Assembly: GCA_964252035.1 (NCBI GenBank)
Contig: OZ176201.1
Reading direction: 5' to 3' (one strand)
DNA: 64,000 nt
Origin: Podarcis erhardii
Lineage: Eukaryota
Part shown: piece by piece, positions 63,139 to 64,000 of the stretch
Layout: the number at the start of each line of letters is the position of its first letter
How positions within the stretch are numbered: the stretch's first letter is position 1
The notes under the pieces: generated by a model
Told to the model about the DNA's origin: nothing
Databases searched by the model: none
Seen by the model: only the letters and a program-made list of their open reading frames with translations
Position numbers and translations under genes: made by a program

Positions 63139-63744
63139 CAAGAACAAACTTAGTTGGTCTCTAAGGTGCTACTGGACTATTTTTTAATTTTTATATATCT
63201 ATTTCATCTGCGTTAAATTGTTCTCAGTACAAATGCATTTCCCAGTCAGCATTCTGTTTTACAGGAATAATGATACTGGTGAAACACACTGAGCTCAAGA
63301 TGAGATACAACATTCAAGGGTCCATTATGCTTCCCTCAAAGAAGATGTGAACATTAGAAACCTAGAGATTCAAGTGAGTCAGGTTGAAATCTGAGCCCCA
63401 AAATAACTCCCATTTTACAGGTGAAACCACACTCACAAAACTGGAGAGCTTATGTTATAAGGGAGGAGTGGAGAATCTCTGGCCTCCAGAGTTCTTTGTC
63501 TGGCCCCTGAGAATTTCCACGGGCCTCCCCTTCTCCCCATGCCACACTCCTGCTCCACACCCTTCTCCAGTTTTCTGCATAGCTGAAATGCGTCCCTAAA
63601 GTGTGATAAAGCGTGTTCTCCCTATCAGTGAGCACGTGTTGCGGTGGGGGCCTGCAGGCCACCCCACCATTGCTAGGAAGATACATTTGAATGGCCACGA
63701 GCTGTGATTGGGCAAGGTGTGTCTCTGAGGAGAATTTCATGTTG

Positions 63745-64000
63745 CTAATTGGTGGGAGGGGTCAGAGGTTTTAAATACTGGCCACACAGCTTTGGGCGTT
63801 CTCTTGGGCTGCGTGCACCGGATCACCCGCCCACCCTCCCTGAAAGGGGGGGTCTTTGTGCTCTGACCTTGCTATGCCTGTCATGGGGTCGTCTGCTTTT
63901 GGGGCAGGGGCCTGGTAGGAATTTTTGTCCATTTGGCTGATTGGCTGGTGCCATTTGGTTTTTTGCCTACTGCGTAGCAAATTGTCACAACTTGTAAGGT
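63745..64000 (+). mobile_element. Diverged copy of the 59127-59880 family, runs off the window end
   Basis: CCTTGCTATG...GGGGCCTGGTAGGA..TTTTT..CCATTTGG...CGTAGCAA..GTCACAACTT aligns by eye with the reverse complement of 59525-59645. Confidence 0.65.

Larger units (their letters stand above)
61601..63206 (-). mobile_element. PLE-derived short element (second subfamily), split by a nested PLE insertion
   Basis: 11-bp TSD TCTGCGTTAAA at 61590-61600 and 63207-63217. The 3' tail is at 61601-61633 (minus: TGTCAGACCAACGTGACTACCTATCTGAAC), the body at 63042-63100 and the opposite arm at 63101-63206. Confidence 0.8.

Overview
This is 64 kb of vertebrate non-coding DNA. The repeat content (Sauria SINEs, Bov-B, L2, CR1, tRNA-derived SINEs, hAT and Tigger MITEs) points to a squamate, probably a lacertid lizard; this is an inference. 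I found no convincing host protein-coding exon, rRNA, true tRNA or CRISPR array. The long ORFs in the track are LINE 3' ends, microsatellite read-throughs or products of a palindrome. The main signal is a set of Penelope-like element (PLE) insertions carrying minimal type I hammerhead ribozyme (HHR) motifs. Three short insertions (5731-6071, 36705-37224, 61601-63206) have exact 11-14 bp target-site duplications (TSDs) and are built as inverted pairs. One contains a 127-nt cleavage-site-to-cleavage-site tandem unit. One has a junction filled with about 13 reiterations of the first ~17 nt of the ribozyme. The third hosts a second PLE fragment inserted as a 621-bp-arm palindrome. Several TE-free, TAAT-rich blocks may be conserved enhancers, which cannot be verified here.
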